From: Elusimicrobiota bacterium
GTDB lineage: Bacteria > Elusimicrobiota > Elusimicrobia > F11
Assembly: GCA_044221725.1 (NCBI GenBank)
Contig: JBGAON010000005.1
Coordinates: 143,598 to 207,597, forward strand
DNA: 64,000 nt
Reading direction: 5' to 3'
The notes under the pieces are model-generated. The model searched no databases. It was not told the origin of the DNA and saw nothing but the letters and a program-made list of their open reading frames with translations. Position numbers and translations under genes: made by a program. Below are positions 41,901 through 45,614 of this stretch, one piece after another. Within the stretch, counting starts at the first letter, position 1. Each line of letters starts with the position of its first letter.

Positions 41901-44498
41901 GCCGATGAACAGCGCAGCGCGATGCTTGCGCCGAAACATCGCTTCCGAATGGCGATCAATGGCTTGGGCGCCGGCGCCAGTCAAGACCATATCCACGCGC
42001 ATTGGGTGCGTGAGCGTTTTGAAATTGAATCCGTGAAAATTAACGATGTCGTTGATTATCCGGCGCAGGCGCGGGTGACAATCGGCACTGTCGATATTTT
42101 GCCGGCGGCTATCGGTGCAACCGCCGAACCGGTTCTCGGTTTGGCACTCGAGGCGAACATCAACGATGTCCCGACTCTCGCGCAGGCCCTTAGTGATGCG
42201 CTAACAAAAATCAGCAAGCACGGCGAAGGATACGATGTCTTTTTCTATCAGACCGTCGCCAACAACGCGACCGTCCTACGTGTAATTGTGACCGGTCGTC
42301 GCTTTGAGCGGACAAAAACGTTTGACGCCCCTTGGGGTGCCAATCAGGTGACGATGCGCGAAGTAACAATCGAAACCGAAACTGGGAAGGGACTTTTTGA
42401 AAAATCCACAAACGACGAACTGCTGCAGGCCTATCGCGAAGCGCTCGCGGAGACTTCTTACACAGCCGATCAAACGCGAACGCTGCTCAAGGAAATCCTT
42501 CGGCCAAACTTTGAATTTGGAAATGTCGTCCGGTTTTCCAACGACCCGGTTGCCGGACGGACATTCCGAATCGGAGGACCGATTGATCAAACGAATCTGT
42601 GGTATTCGGCAGCGGATAGCACGCGAGGCGAAGCGAATTCCGTCATTGTGACGGAGAAGGATTACGGTCCGACCATCGAAGTCGACAACGAATTCATGGG
42701 CGTCAGGACTTACAAAAAAGTATTGGAAGACCCGGCGACCGGAATTGCGTTATATGAATTCGGCGGCTACGCGGCGGCTGACCAGCAGCACAACATCGGA
42801 CAACATGGTTTCCCGTTCGGACTTTACCGAAACGTGGATGTGAAACGTCTGATCACTATTCTTAGCGACGTTCAGCGCGGTGTCGATCCAGCAACAATCC
42901 CAATAACATCACTGAAAACAAGTGAGCGAACTCCTTCTTCTTCGTTTACGCCGGTCTATTCTTATGCAATCTCAGGTTATTTTGGCGGACGCACACATCA
43001 CGCGGAAAAACCGGTCTACTCAAATTATGTGTTCTATGTTCCGGCCAACCAACAGAAGCCATTCAGCCGCGCCTTTGAACCGCAGGATCGCGAAGTGGGT
43101 GCGGATCACAAAACCGCGTCGTGGAGTACTGTCGCACGTCAGAAGGGAATGTTCCTGGAGTACACGATCAAAGGAACGGAAACCCCCGTCAGTTACGACG
43201 ATGCGGTGCTTGTTCGCGACTTAACCGAAGCAAATGTGCTCTCCAGAGAAAATCCCACGTCGCGCGCCGAAGCGCTTCGTTTGCTCGGACGAACAGAAGA
43301 CCAACAGCGACAGTTTGAAAAACAGATTTTGGAGGAACTGACGACCGGTTCGCCGGCCCAATCCCGCTCACCGATTTTCCAATTCGCAATCACATTCTTC
43401 TTTGCGGGGTTGGCATCTGTTGCCGGGACGCTTTCGTGGTTGCTCACAAACCAAATTGCACGAGAGGCCTGGATTTTTATTGCCGCGTCTTTGACCGTGA
43501 CCGGATTGGTCTTTGGTTGGGGCGTGTACGAAGCGATATCTGTTACCATCGCGAAGCGGACGTACGAACGGCATCCGTTGTCGACGGACGAAGCGAATTT
43601 ACGGCTCGGCCGCGCCCTTGAGCGAATTCCGGCGGATCTGTTGAGCGGCAAGACCACGATCAGGCTCGCCGAGAACAATGAGCTCGCTCTTTTTGAATCC
43701 GGTCGCACCGAAGAAAGCACGGTCATAATCCACCCCGCTTTCGTTGATAACTTGAATATTTTGTTGCACGAACTGAGCCACCGTGATGGTGCTGGGGAGC
43801 TCCGGGCGCGCTTCCGCGAATGGAAACTGGCGTGGAGAATCGCTACGAACGAACGCGTGCAAAAACAACTTGATCAAGATGCGCGCACATTCGCTTATAT
43901 ACGGGTTGCGCACGAAGCAAGCGTTGGCACAGGAGCGAGCAAACAAGGGCTTGTGAGTCTTTTATCCGGCATAAATGTCGCAGGGCCCATTGGGCTCGAA
44001 GAGTTCGTAACGAACCCGCGGCAAATTGCGCATCGTGTGTACGCGGCGCGCAAAAAACTTTCGGAACAATCCGCTAACGCGTTTATGTCCACGCCGGCGA
44101 ACGTCGAAGGCGTTTTGAAATTGGTTTATATCCCGAGAGCGAAATCGGCTCCAGCGATTGCGCAAGAAATTTCGGCACTCTTGCAGTTGCCGGCGGCAAA
44201 GAATCGGAGAATAGATATCGTCGTAAAGACGCACGAAGAACTGGAGCGTATGAATGTTAGCGATCTTTTGTCTGTTGACGGGCAGCGCGCCGCCGCGCTT
44301 CGCCTCGTGTTTGCTGAAGGCGCGCAGCGGCCGAAGAATTTTGAGAATCTCATTCGGACCATTGGCGCGAGTTACCGTTCCGTTAATTTCGATTGGGGCA
44401 TGTTAAACGCTGATGGCACGTTCGTGCGGAAAATGAGTATCTCCGAGTCTTTTGAGTTGCGCCGGTTTGAGGATGCTATCGTAGGTTCGCAAGCGTAG
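17910..44498 (+). CDS. Giant protein 2 (8862 aa): conserved N-terminal domain, beta-rich extracellular-like region, TM bundles, coiled coil, possible (alpha/alpha) glycosidase-like region, long beta-strand region, GT48 beta-1,3-glucan-synthase-like domain, HExxH motifs, HIT-type phosphorylase, C-terminal domain
   Basis: Uninterrupted 26.6-kb ORF; N-domain QDVHMNSEAQ..YLSEFSREKTPLE (~18295-19622); FKS-like motifs ~36230-37870; CFLC and NGLGAGASQDHIHAH ~41628-42002; HELQH at 41130 and HELSH at 43767. Alternative start ATG 17937. Confidence 0.85.
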   Translation: MIQFRRVSTMIFAPKTIAILLVSVLTYETVGTPLAEASQYSSLWSERRKTSSATQNENGQNLLASLPSQSLLKQMPSVKAALPSSVVTTPISNEARKIPPVLRALVAAVPQNQGIVREIYAPLSSSNEPIVLAQDVHMNSEAQMNLAGVIQNIVRENKIDVIGVEGAFAPFDFALARKSGSTESRTQLAKAFMDKKLMGAASYIGLVNDSLPPIVGVDDEKHYDANVLAYLTIRPMKKKTQKDLQKLKRNLDERKAQEFSKEMLAFDALRSGYHEGTIPFGVYVKKLSALSYQLVDSSSSPDSGKRIAESSLAVEQFIAAYEMEKSLDFARVEAERRRVIEKLASVLKGEDVTTLINHSVAYKNGQIGFGTYYRFLKNLCESNGVRLSDTTAFDNYVRYVLLSDGIKADQLFAEITNIEDRVTKALARTPVEKQLADEAEHLALANKLIEFELTPEEWAKYSSSGHDFGRDLGALEDLTAFENFYREADIRSHRMLSNLLGRNRQRASVLLTGGFHTSQMTSLLKEKKIPYIVVSPKLTKVSEDESGSAYLSEFSREKTPLEKMFSGSKLFVLPKTQMAGSAGGLTTFKAFVVFLIGIAGLSTGKTRADVDLTINNVPVHAVVQRGDIRGAVETVELSEKGTPQTYSLLYPSLSARGMDFFFNRVASPKRLVMALGGILSAVLLSPAPAQAALAPRLYGVAAETLWGAAGGALIFSLIIGNFLWTRFNTREPRVSPQPDNRFRPGLDQLEQKETPANLNVWVDPNGVVRPDVLTGGFSDQESKSGLPSVEVRLADGFHFSNGDLVRVSLSGPAGSQSSGWVPAADRMVFPYHGETGMGLRAVHADGTDAVATAVPGSFATAIPVSEAAPGNLGSFDLFTVRTPPEEPVQDRISVNNQSVNGDRVQLQYSLPSDMLVRFSHVNAGANGQTELGSGTDFLPATQFKDGYAILIANGPLRAGNSADIGFAAYRLDASGNYVEVKFQPGEPDLPITATLANAAMIPDNRLTPTNTYTLQPDGMGGFFMNVPAGTKSVAFTVNSLANADQFVFTQSHKNGNGDIVVDALTPFASDDQHRYVLNLLPGVTSVGIAAFADNQIVSIPDSEFAIGTVFENIAADAMANNGRLLTLTQDQKAAFVVVDPANTGHVQIFAPDQPNANEFFIVRNRTDEFGNTVAIDAQIVPDNQTFYSVNVDDPRTTSVSIRPLSVSDKGFSAVPFANGLLKADLTRQSVANALPMTVRLLQPGDKQGTSFVMTVNAEVRNVKLRVNDLNGDRLFVTYSQEIAFEDGTKANVPMVAAIEPDNEGSYSFNKPEGASGFGFQELIRNADGSFDFTTIPLDSIVIAQTARRADPNARAMELRILTPAFFANAEGVNELRSNILGIAIPEGAQSFDVNEIGLRIPLSDHVKFNFTNAEGKIISQFVLPPFGSSAYNALVSSGKLRVTVNNGYFTSIVLNLQTAGATAFAIEVTRPNGAPEPVVGTVTVRFSPTVGQRSIAPIAVSPSTNPQPVVNIFPQFPSNPSVGLIGFGGSSLDNTTSSVFSYSNMSGRWQYDIGIGWYWVDYTKSGAPSITPAKNRPQLEDVPLSYSIVISYRLEIGNETPNVQALLRNDGTLIVERDINIDQAPLESVTLNGLVDDNGNQIESVNVRFVARGRERELKNLKVTNGKIRIRTPIDLPTTTRFEIRSAEGKRVGKPSRIEVNQNDEGLLPDQAPIVVDKMPTPLKTQLPWKGVQFVSARHTSLGDAPDAAEQNAVAAIEGPFVGQASQTNGTSRASETTSSPSFVVRVLWNYFGWLIGPVLFVAFFIRETVEKKLKAIPRADSAREPIVIDGLVPPPNNLIPAVADMPAAVPNSTVAVSEGRSPPVRHLIFAAVFYAALFFVVLPFVSTTLAHWGDLLSALPSTSPWIFPARALQSIVGLSSWMLFFTGNVVMVLMLLNLQTRFHVGRKALLVQSLVLSAAAAAGLVSVSTGLFILATIGFVAISRTRLGAAVGQWIAHPFKEADPKEKKQLSLLGRFQQSITHLPLGLMKTMYSFGFEPIDRLVLLMMGRPVAGERSRSERLFNRMPLVAQLMALPFFAANALLGKRLKLKLYSFATQIVLITVFSGLAVLIAPMFGLDPTLTLSWMMNFNMLDPTATGWAHNVIQDGGVVGALLQIFTVFAILNSYVLQVILTFFSSRRTQPNLGIGRRFSLSLRSGFSAFKFLEGLHWVSFEIEILKYMSGFVSPLHDLVLTIEGHSGVLGAGDEAVQRAVAPFGVSPDNLTRFIPWTTGLSHSELMQLAPIQRTIRDQAKELSAVVKARDLSEVANRQVWLKALRSERDTVLKSIKALEDQAAVSPAERAMVAERMSAENKWIQEIDALAAAVTIDTITLEQKQIVVAKLGERLQSSEAQLAKIKDVATKATAKHRSHVELAAPADTNKEVTVPADTKNGAGGGGDKNKTLNNDDTASLPKNSANVLASIQKNVDESVKRGERAVAAAQRETAAKDRAVAQKELDALAPALTALAGRYEKVTKELQALRDRLKAATSEKVVGVDLRAANERFDAESKRTKDLVARYDNDQRPDVRHFLNIVERNGIVLRPDNTYVALTRADVPKLKFDAAGKLTLAGSNGTVWLGQQTIERLRLHAVASALGADVEATLLQLGRNPVVDAQFEFGRAVSVASGREYSVPQNRIGGLAVSSDGSLVAESVEGTLRVQLSEKGLDVFEPMWLGKKIEVLEKQAESLKQKRVQDISAALEQKNEELASVETDRNVLRDQVAALMARINGETVPPNVVNNDVVLVNHRDNVQSFADLKEKVLAESEKLKQKNRNDKGFTLEDPTDPQSLSRVVQYTNTQEIRNELKAGNIGRARDLLKKSLKGPSSHGGLATTIDVRSFDLRANEQSEDFGPMLLMVQAGLEVLVTDAQKGNFDKELFFQLKDLLDYALFYQLPTGEIPHGVTWRLLTPELQIDAKAFRMMHLLTGEEKYLKAADASEQALMKMYDPQSKKFLARREDGRLDEPADVPGWAMSQLGPEKLKERGVDVEALVQRLREMPKDRFIVEWQVNRAFGLKRGIEYLRSIGNNAAADAAQKDLEKMTNFLLSLGMAYAYERDLNNPDKWVPALGKSMDWGVTTQSGTESNTTRVALEALARGTDPMRTLPDEAYVKARASVPKDNPARKPYFGRGTGPTWRTKEASRDLWFADARANAAKQLLKPDNNVLAFILPEKIGDPVEKIEYAGAASQDKLPPIAFKTIWLSAAPSWAKFDADGWALAPENLYQAGYRAIQRDENGRLYLWRLGVDVGEEAQLERNEGIIEMREWVRGKTRPGRQIFVDPESGRTNFNWFAKRDTGYLYLLMQITGGIIVNESQARGNNITTSIGAFILREQLIADLETRRTVEAVAKKVTDPILRATLLDTLARGARTEDDPALRALSLRMAQVSHDEEFVRLRRLLRADPKLRAGSAELERYNDVRAQVMDRLTEVYATYRNARRAIFALNDVEARLGDRRNAADLKVISDAKNQLWISANGKREIFVFGKENVMAAERLLPMLAEPAKAELQRKIDFAKQHGLDLETPVLKIGPRTFGLPRQTAFDRIYFDRIDANAISIWLNAMAELDPAKQEQLRQEYEWARRTMTARWDKAGFVMIPGAIATEERAALAQMADDGVVRATEKQPRIVGSEPIYPMSLEGKVEAVEEILPQDRRIEGNTWVRITRAKLPPVLGVRSPRGEIIAVIRSNEFGKLKVNGRPLEELRFPLNEITSVSGDGLYLTMNEFDPVRGRFAGYSTYHFGANESNFAAKGFMTTVGRALVARNPLTRVELTANPNIASEITARVRSNNGDSWVDTYSYPTFQDPESRIKERVYPTGRVEKYSDYRFNAVTGQWVAGRTEIYQAGALKSVKLVTGIDERGRVSIEEQTVLMRPKAGNAKEYEPRFVPTRRDLMDGPHLVMRDDLSKNERTIYNLEREKEYERAGFRVEVPAEAFELRNGAVGNKVADFTVSVEESNAVLASVTITRTTVNGKEQEVDVYVRSPANYSDGNGQPMATRLKHKYVIARADRSASGLGPILSRTHEEVFYEDEAARIPDFLLKAVSEMKRKNTGRASEVGRVVRLLQADGRNIIDADGVAPVVRHSVNLGFDYSMFNDKNVHARLSGSVASVRVDHAKDTSGRWYTRKPMIEFYQGEMNVARLDREKGVASFKRSEGEINDPQKFPDRERAGWDDFEFKAADKNSAGDIGDLKYYSIDAQIFDLLANPNSIPAAKRAFQSYQLNRLTQNFQWNETVIMDEWGHALAYIRPDPLYFDINRRVIAINGYDGKQENVETGNVRETIVRAYDQISKSIGLEDLGKATAQLPNGIINFNNPNVAGLNEKGVSLFEIVDYRSAKRFFAFFDTLHENSSIARIEGDGARNLRRIILPRYKIDVPANERDKFNILGDLEATGERTFEMDNGTVGNQTYRSRVVLDRNLIPRLIAQMENEGLNLVAKAIQGPQVLAYEVESLQKPNPQDPNAEQKVMSKFTAIFNKFQQHVKIDQRPNEQRLMRTNINFAFFDPERPWVDLGGISYDYRGDKIGEAVGLSVTLKPGDSRYDIPGTKRVMVRTLGLKSGFIEHRSNDDGVVEAQDTGEFVFPREGTNNYDELYARVFEERSRITLESLKTGKWEEAQRAAENDYRYYARLAFDFKPYRNFTASHLRQLGAAYQTKAFLYSNNVLSPFASSTSTMINIMTDDALGFLVESFRMGTGIYRGEELITTRKETIVNGDKVMVSHGRWKTGAVKPEGVSLEKWVADNFVERLRFFSFIDPTYPGSLAHHGIANITAVFRASEKGLVMSSRANSTRLLPNGDVFFGTLRGVSDVALPADLTPFQLLEYARKNVPTLPITPIAIEGERKDALGRLKAKFSGYQEANEKGYPSDLTAPQRVVFLEYPVDIKDFGSVFAWHELLSDRGIEYEFSRGKFNREAYGDSRRLDTFSNLRIVNTRVDGVVHRVLNYTVDSRRSGGAILEKEVNLDGLPEDDIYAGEFGIDSRNLIYYGLDQLPARSIGKTGERESLRHLFQYATLEKNGHKYLITRTLDLTRNPALERIYPDDMEVRRDGIVIYKRVNGQISPYEDNLVLDPRNEFNRSLVAKLFGQWLRPSWAKEAERLIAEADANGLFEFTEGSRQYIRESGKNFGQLKGAAQLAYYEKGIHLNAIFALAISSMLAFGVFMWKYFLPWRAFRRAPFRANGMSKAEVGQFLSPTDTAAYISFRNRVGFINETDKEALRRVMKHSRDKATFEKFWNRLSFHEGGNVTPTYKAALRVTTAALEATNFRTEGTELGQASDVLGPIMAPIHSFVDNRFLSARQIATIINDVADRATNGGVNRVQLRERILQQLIKNAYFNDFGMKESVKEVFRVEIRKLFEASGFRLGEFDTEYYVEHAIAELGAVPMDYVAAAYVADDSPNKELVTAKNTSKFIKNIFIAENRRLWRPEDENESTRNHGQSVLGWGATTLEEYVLLNTIVPRFIPVMNTNTPAAHYYANQILQKIRSGASHENIQQFMKRHERFWYQVHKDQMTVRLETNRDMRIPGLSYENDTEKTWTFLATWDEFNEFFRYLQWGSDMTLDGRLPENLRNDAAFIRRFRENQTRAGELLRKVSDGEFDFGRPQANLRSDVIQRAVNDGMRPLVRDTQNALNIPRYDSEGNENDTIAYVYKLITDPRVWRAPTMARLVKTVFTAGLAAFMIQVGVELPYVGGVVALAFALSQVHYTRFVTSSNVGVIRQVLSWGALAVVAFLLLLGPGLAFVGYDFATTFPIMGIDTSVKDVMLTVGTAAIVPFLMGIYMNKTVYPGRQGKDTLRNMRAAFFWSMVTVISLAFAFFVCAFLVVTIVFMPVPFEVSGLGVLAPWTRVGFLMLGMGPLRDMFFLTYFGVANLLKGIVRIYVLREYEFAKARTYDTNAHGWQKIYRVLPPARAVFLASAVALAVTTVVLAVGGTLAPLYVALGLVVAAVVFMSSIGMQDHSKGAVQLVPQMVANDPEILTVIREVFLPDWLGEAYLTRQEHDRILNAINALQPEVERLQNSRIFDDSNEGNGLLRLINKDVHASAAMKNLVDALSEKNISLPEMRGFIQDVVNKAFRKDIPAAPKNFDELRSVTYQISGYNEPPYVLWEEFNKKTNEQTQFGMLAASYPEQFALLVNRLQSEGLLSLQQRLDLEFAKTKPSHIVNTLKRGVDDQAIKQIEHWFNMRSQTIYANFQGAVKARAVYSYYIRKFYREKTGSDPAPDVLKKLVEQKVQVVINHTMAADEFIRFLREAFKGKSFNNHSLNNLSLNEYMDLMKQGLDFPAETNNNKLKSGFPFPAWNHSTAKSYMDFLVKENVDLQYGARAQKSDAHQEKYEGWMHTDMNVRGEVVIACDFDMRHDIQETWMVPNVGREYDIDPTFGVGVYSGYIFTEPISPQALVMAKMEMGWLQGEQPTKREIGTLEAYGKFTYRRQMISNLEALPAHLVAEDAKTAERVLTFGGSTGHLSYYKLGKGLSNQWGGSLNPLRKWSGDAPESIYSPLFVKFMFSPYQHWTVKLDALMSYAFYLKKPSVFRTTINVLVLFYLLNFNPWTGLPLTMFLSSLIISQAIGYGAMMLYVEKHGWIKGVAMFARDMVWPIFPFATTIIPQYSDSVTKGFMKKAKFLRTGGKGGALGRYDFEDLFIFMQYGVFPGVIMTFLVGFASFDVLKFSIWFPQILMVSYGFWTAAFLFNSTFDRQTVWTRLARFVYVGALIAAVVVPLVLDFPIIAMLAPTLVLIYWVDAKVFKQRTRWQNIGDIFWRAPKAVLKDALNNSTRLLEIVTQPIATVVALQRAIPLPFRITTLGLTAALIVIVNQATFYVFAGVLIALIVGGAVSPRFERWLHRPSYSWSRLAGTDEEIYRKSLIAIKMAQLLKVSPPDLGVLNSFVGPYFAQGDDGNRRNDTPGFYNSLASMMTGPARQNPSRVLLDKISRHTSNVENHVAAVVPRYDLYRSAFDDLNDYRGRNPSDKNGIDQRQKRLNEVINAYTNYQTAQKELADLRKSNTPDQAKANELQEKITRNEGMLGNSGDYKRFVSLAESILNFGPTVIPTNEPVWNDRLEDLIEGGNVTVESAWARISASERRSLLDMHDNDLGRAQTYLWDRLRNYIDARIRIEIEYVLLADHASLLSDVRAEFIRVRALGAENPDFNRERQALLDRIVESDAMRPSTEILLSLSNPADIQQRIYQALNDLVPVPAARQEQQTVELTPLPPPPAPPTAEQVAAQNAAQAAQAAKAARNRTAARVFGVLIENRERLLGRYGSRLRQLSRVNPLSVDSNEVKSVLNAIVKDSRFAPAWPIYLELSGNNEQEAQKLLLNDVVTLIDLQTTAEAEYASDPLALKDLALSVQEEALIIKRNGGLSQGDKRAFEQRVFRFLGASATEILKDKKTTVDAATRVSDYEIVQKAYDEAVKLAEADITKEINPLKGDAFRHHLENSRLNAALQDTTISEWKRWNLRSKRDREIAAFARDFVKLVNAQKRVSPAATVALKARWESEGLNGRAPPSSDIVKEAYWKIPSSLRKTYSEVTGFNPSSSEPRVSAVGVNADAIGDDVARQLLRDAYDSNYVIEGSKNSAGDAELDLNEQNKAIAQRLIGSDGMSALKAAVELALSIVDNGDDDGYRTRDQIKEITKDGRVVFVFIESNHPTWKNNFFLCFNSSDENILALGGRGLNKDQRKAYVPAALVVGLMGMRTAHENGSKTKLSRQEIDLVLRLIVRHELQHAAEKEKGNATWLNHDAEVTEILNLLAKGGFFPGASAQPGNTPDVAKIAVVGGLVDEANKDGRIVSLLAPVTADSPVRYRYAKAEQNLNGAPDINLAIERVFEMQREAVNTDFDNAGKGKYFKILATSGSILTRRIKVGANQFVRFVVNIARQSKPGGLGLSPVCFLCWNTVRTSFPHEFGMVLGNLRIYFNPTAVWPPTVFGPASEQPQALVVTLNDQEHPSVSQGNISKVNTLQELLTQWVRANQSPSLQDADEQRSAMLAPKHRFRMAINGLGAGASQDHIHAHWVRERFEIESVKINDVVDYPAQARVTIGTVDILPAAIGATAEPVLGLALEANINDVPTLAQALSDALTKISKHGEGYDVFFYQTVANNATVLRVIVTGRRFERTKTFDAPWGANQVTMREVTIETETGKGLFEKSTNDELLQAYREALAETSYTADQTRTLLKEILRPNFEFGNVVRFSNDPVAGRTFRIGGPIDQTNLWYSAADSTRGEANSVIVTEKDYGPTIEVDNEFMGVRTYKKVLEDPATGIALYEFGGYAAADQQHNIGQHGFPFGLYRNVDVKRLITILSDVQRGVDPATIPITSLKTSERTPSSSFTPVYSYAISGYFGGRTHHAEKPVYSNYVFYVPANQQKPFSRAFEPQDREVGADHKTASWSTVARQKGMFLEYTIKGTETPVSYDDAVLVRDLTEANVLSRENPTSRAEALRLLGRTEDQQRQFEKQILEELTTGSPAQSRSPIFQFAITFFFAGLASVAGTLSWLLTNQIAREAWIFIAASLTVTGLVFGWGVYEAISVTIAKRTYERHPLSTDEANLRLGRALERIPADLLSGKTTIRLAENNELALFESGRTEESTVIIHPAFVDNLNILLHELSHRDGAGELRARFREWKLAWRIATNERVQKQLDQDARTFAYIRVAHEASVGTGASKQGLVSLLSGINVAGPIGLEEFVTNPRQIAHRVYAARKKLSEQSANAFMSTPANVEGVLKLVYIPRAKSAPAIAQEISALLQLPAAKNRRIDIVVKTHEELERMNVSDLLSVDGQRAAALRLVFAEGAQRPKNFENLIRTIGASYRSVNFDWGMLNADGTFVRKMSISESFELRRFEDAIVGSQA

Positions 44499-45546
44499 AA
44501 GTTCGCATAGTAAGTGCAACAGTAAGTAGTTGAGGAGTTGGTTATCCCTTTAAACTGAGGGATACCATGAAATACAAGCACTTAACCGACGGCGAACGAG
44601 AAACGTTGTCGTATATGAGAGCTTGTGGCAAATCGATACGAGAGGCAGCGTTCTATTTGAATCGAGCGCCCAGTACGATTGCCAGAGAAATACGGCGCAA
44701 TAAGAGTCGAGCACGTTATCGGTCCCATCTGGCCCATCGGGCTGCTATAGATCGACGCCATCAGACGCTCCGACGTCAACATCGGTTTAAAGCTGATCCT
44801 CAGCTGAGAGATCGTGTTATCGAATGGCTTAAGGCAGGATGGTCCCCTGAGATTATCGCAGGCCGACTGAAGCGTGAAGCCCATGGCAAGTCCGTAATAC
44901 ATCATGAGACCATCTATCGTTGGATTTATCGATACGATCGATCTCTCATCAAGTGTCTCGTCCGATCACATCCTCGTCGGTATCGTCGTCATCAACGGCG
45001 CTGGCCGAATCGAATTATCCCTCGACGGATTTCAATTCTCCAGCGCCCCGATTTCATTAACCAGCGCAAACAACCAGGGCATTGGGAATCTGACTTGGTG
45101 TGGGGATCTGGACGCGCTGCTCTGCAAGTGCTTGTCGAACGAAAAACCCGTTTCGTCTTTATTCGCAGAACCCGCAATAAATCCGCTCAAGCCAATTACG
45201 ATGCGCTCTCTGAAGCATTGGAACAAATCCCAACTTCTTTACGGCGCACCATCACGTATGATAATGGAAGCGAGAACACACTGCATTGTGAACTCAATGA
45301 CCGTTTCCAACTGCAATCGTTCTTCTGTCAGCCGTATCACGCCTGGGAAAAGGGAACCGTAGAAAACACCAACGGTCTGATCCGTCGATACTTCCCCAAA
45401 CGCACCAACTTCGATACCATCTCAGTTCACCAAATCGAAGACGTTCAACGTCGCCTTAACAACAGACCTAGAAAATGTCTTCGCTTTCAAACAGCCGGGG
45501 AAGCCTATTCTTCCACCTTCCGTTGCACTTAAAACGCGAATTCAGC
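44496..45546 (+). mobile_element. IS30-family insertion sequence, 1051 bp
   Basis: 26-bp imperfect inverted repeats TAGAAGTTCGCATAGTAAGTGCAACA (44496-44521) and CGTTGCACTTAAAACGCGAATTCAGC (45521-45546); flanking 3-bp direct repeat GCG at 44493-44495 and 45547-45549. Confidence 0.88.
44567..45532 (+). CDS. IS30-family transposase, 321 aa
   Basis: YKHLT..ER, STIAREIRRN HTH, WSPEIIAG, HETIYRWIY, GHWESDLV, LVERKTR, TITYDNGSE, WEKGTVENTNGLIRRYFPK. Confidence 0.96.
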   Translation: MKYKHLTDGERETLSYMRACGKSIREAAFYLNRAPSTIAREIRRNKSRARYRSHLAHRAAIDRRHQTLRRQHRFKADPQLRDRVIEWLKAGWSPEIIAGRLKREAHGKSVIHHETIYRWIYRYDRSLIKCLVRSHPRRYRRHQRRWPNRIIPRRISILQRPDFINQRKQPGHWESDLVWGSGRAALQVLVERKTRFVFIRRTRNKSAQANYDALSEALEQIPTSLRRTITYDNGSENTLHCELNDRFQLQSFFCQPYHAWEKGTVENTNGLIRRYFPKRTNFDTISVHQIEDVQRRLNNRPRKCLRFQTAGEAYSSTFRCT

Positions 45547-45555
45547 GCGTAAGAT

Positions 45556-45608
45556 TTACATTTTGTTTACGCGTTCTTAAGGAATTCTTAATCCGCGGCG
45601 ATTAGTAT
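45556..45608 (+). promoter_or_regulatory. Conserved four-repeat operator/promoter, copy 3
   Basis: TTAC-attttgt-TTAC-gcgttc-TTAA-ggaattc-TTAA-11nt-TAGTAT, then 6 nt to ATG 45615. Confidence 0.85.
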
Positions 45609-45614
45609 TTCTTT

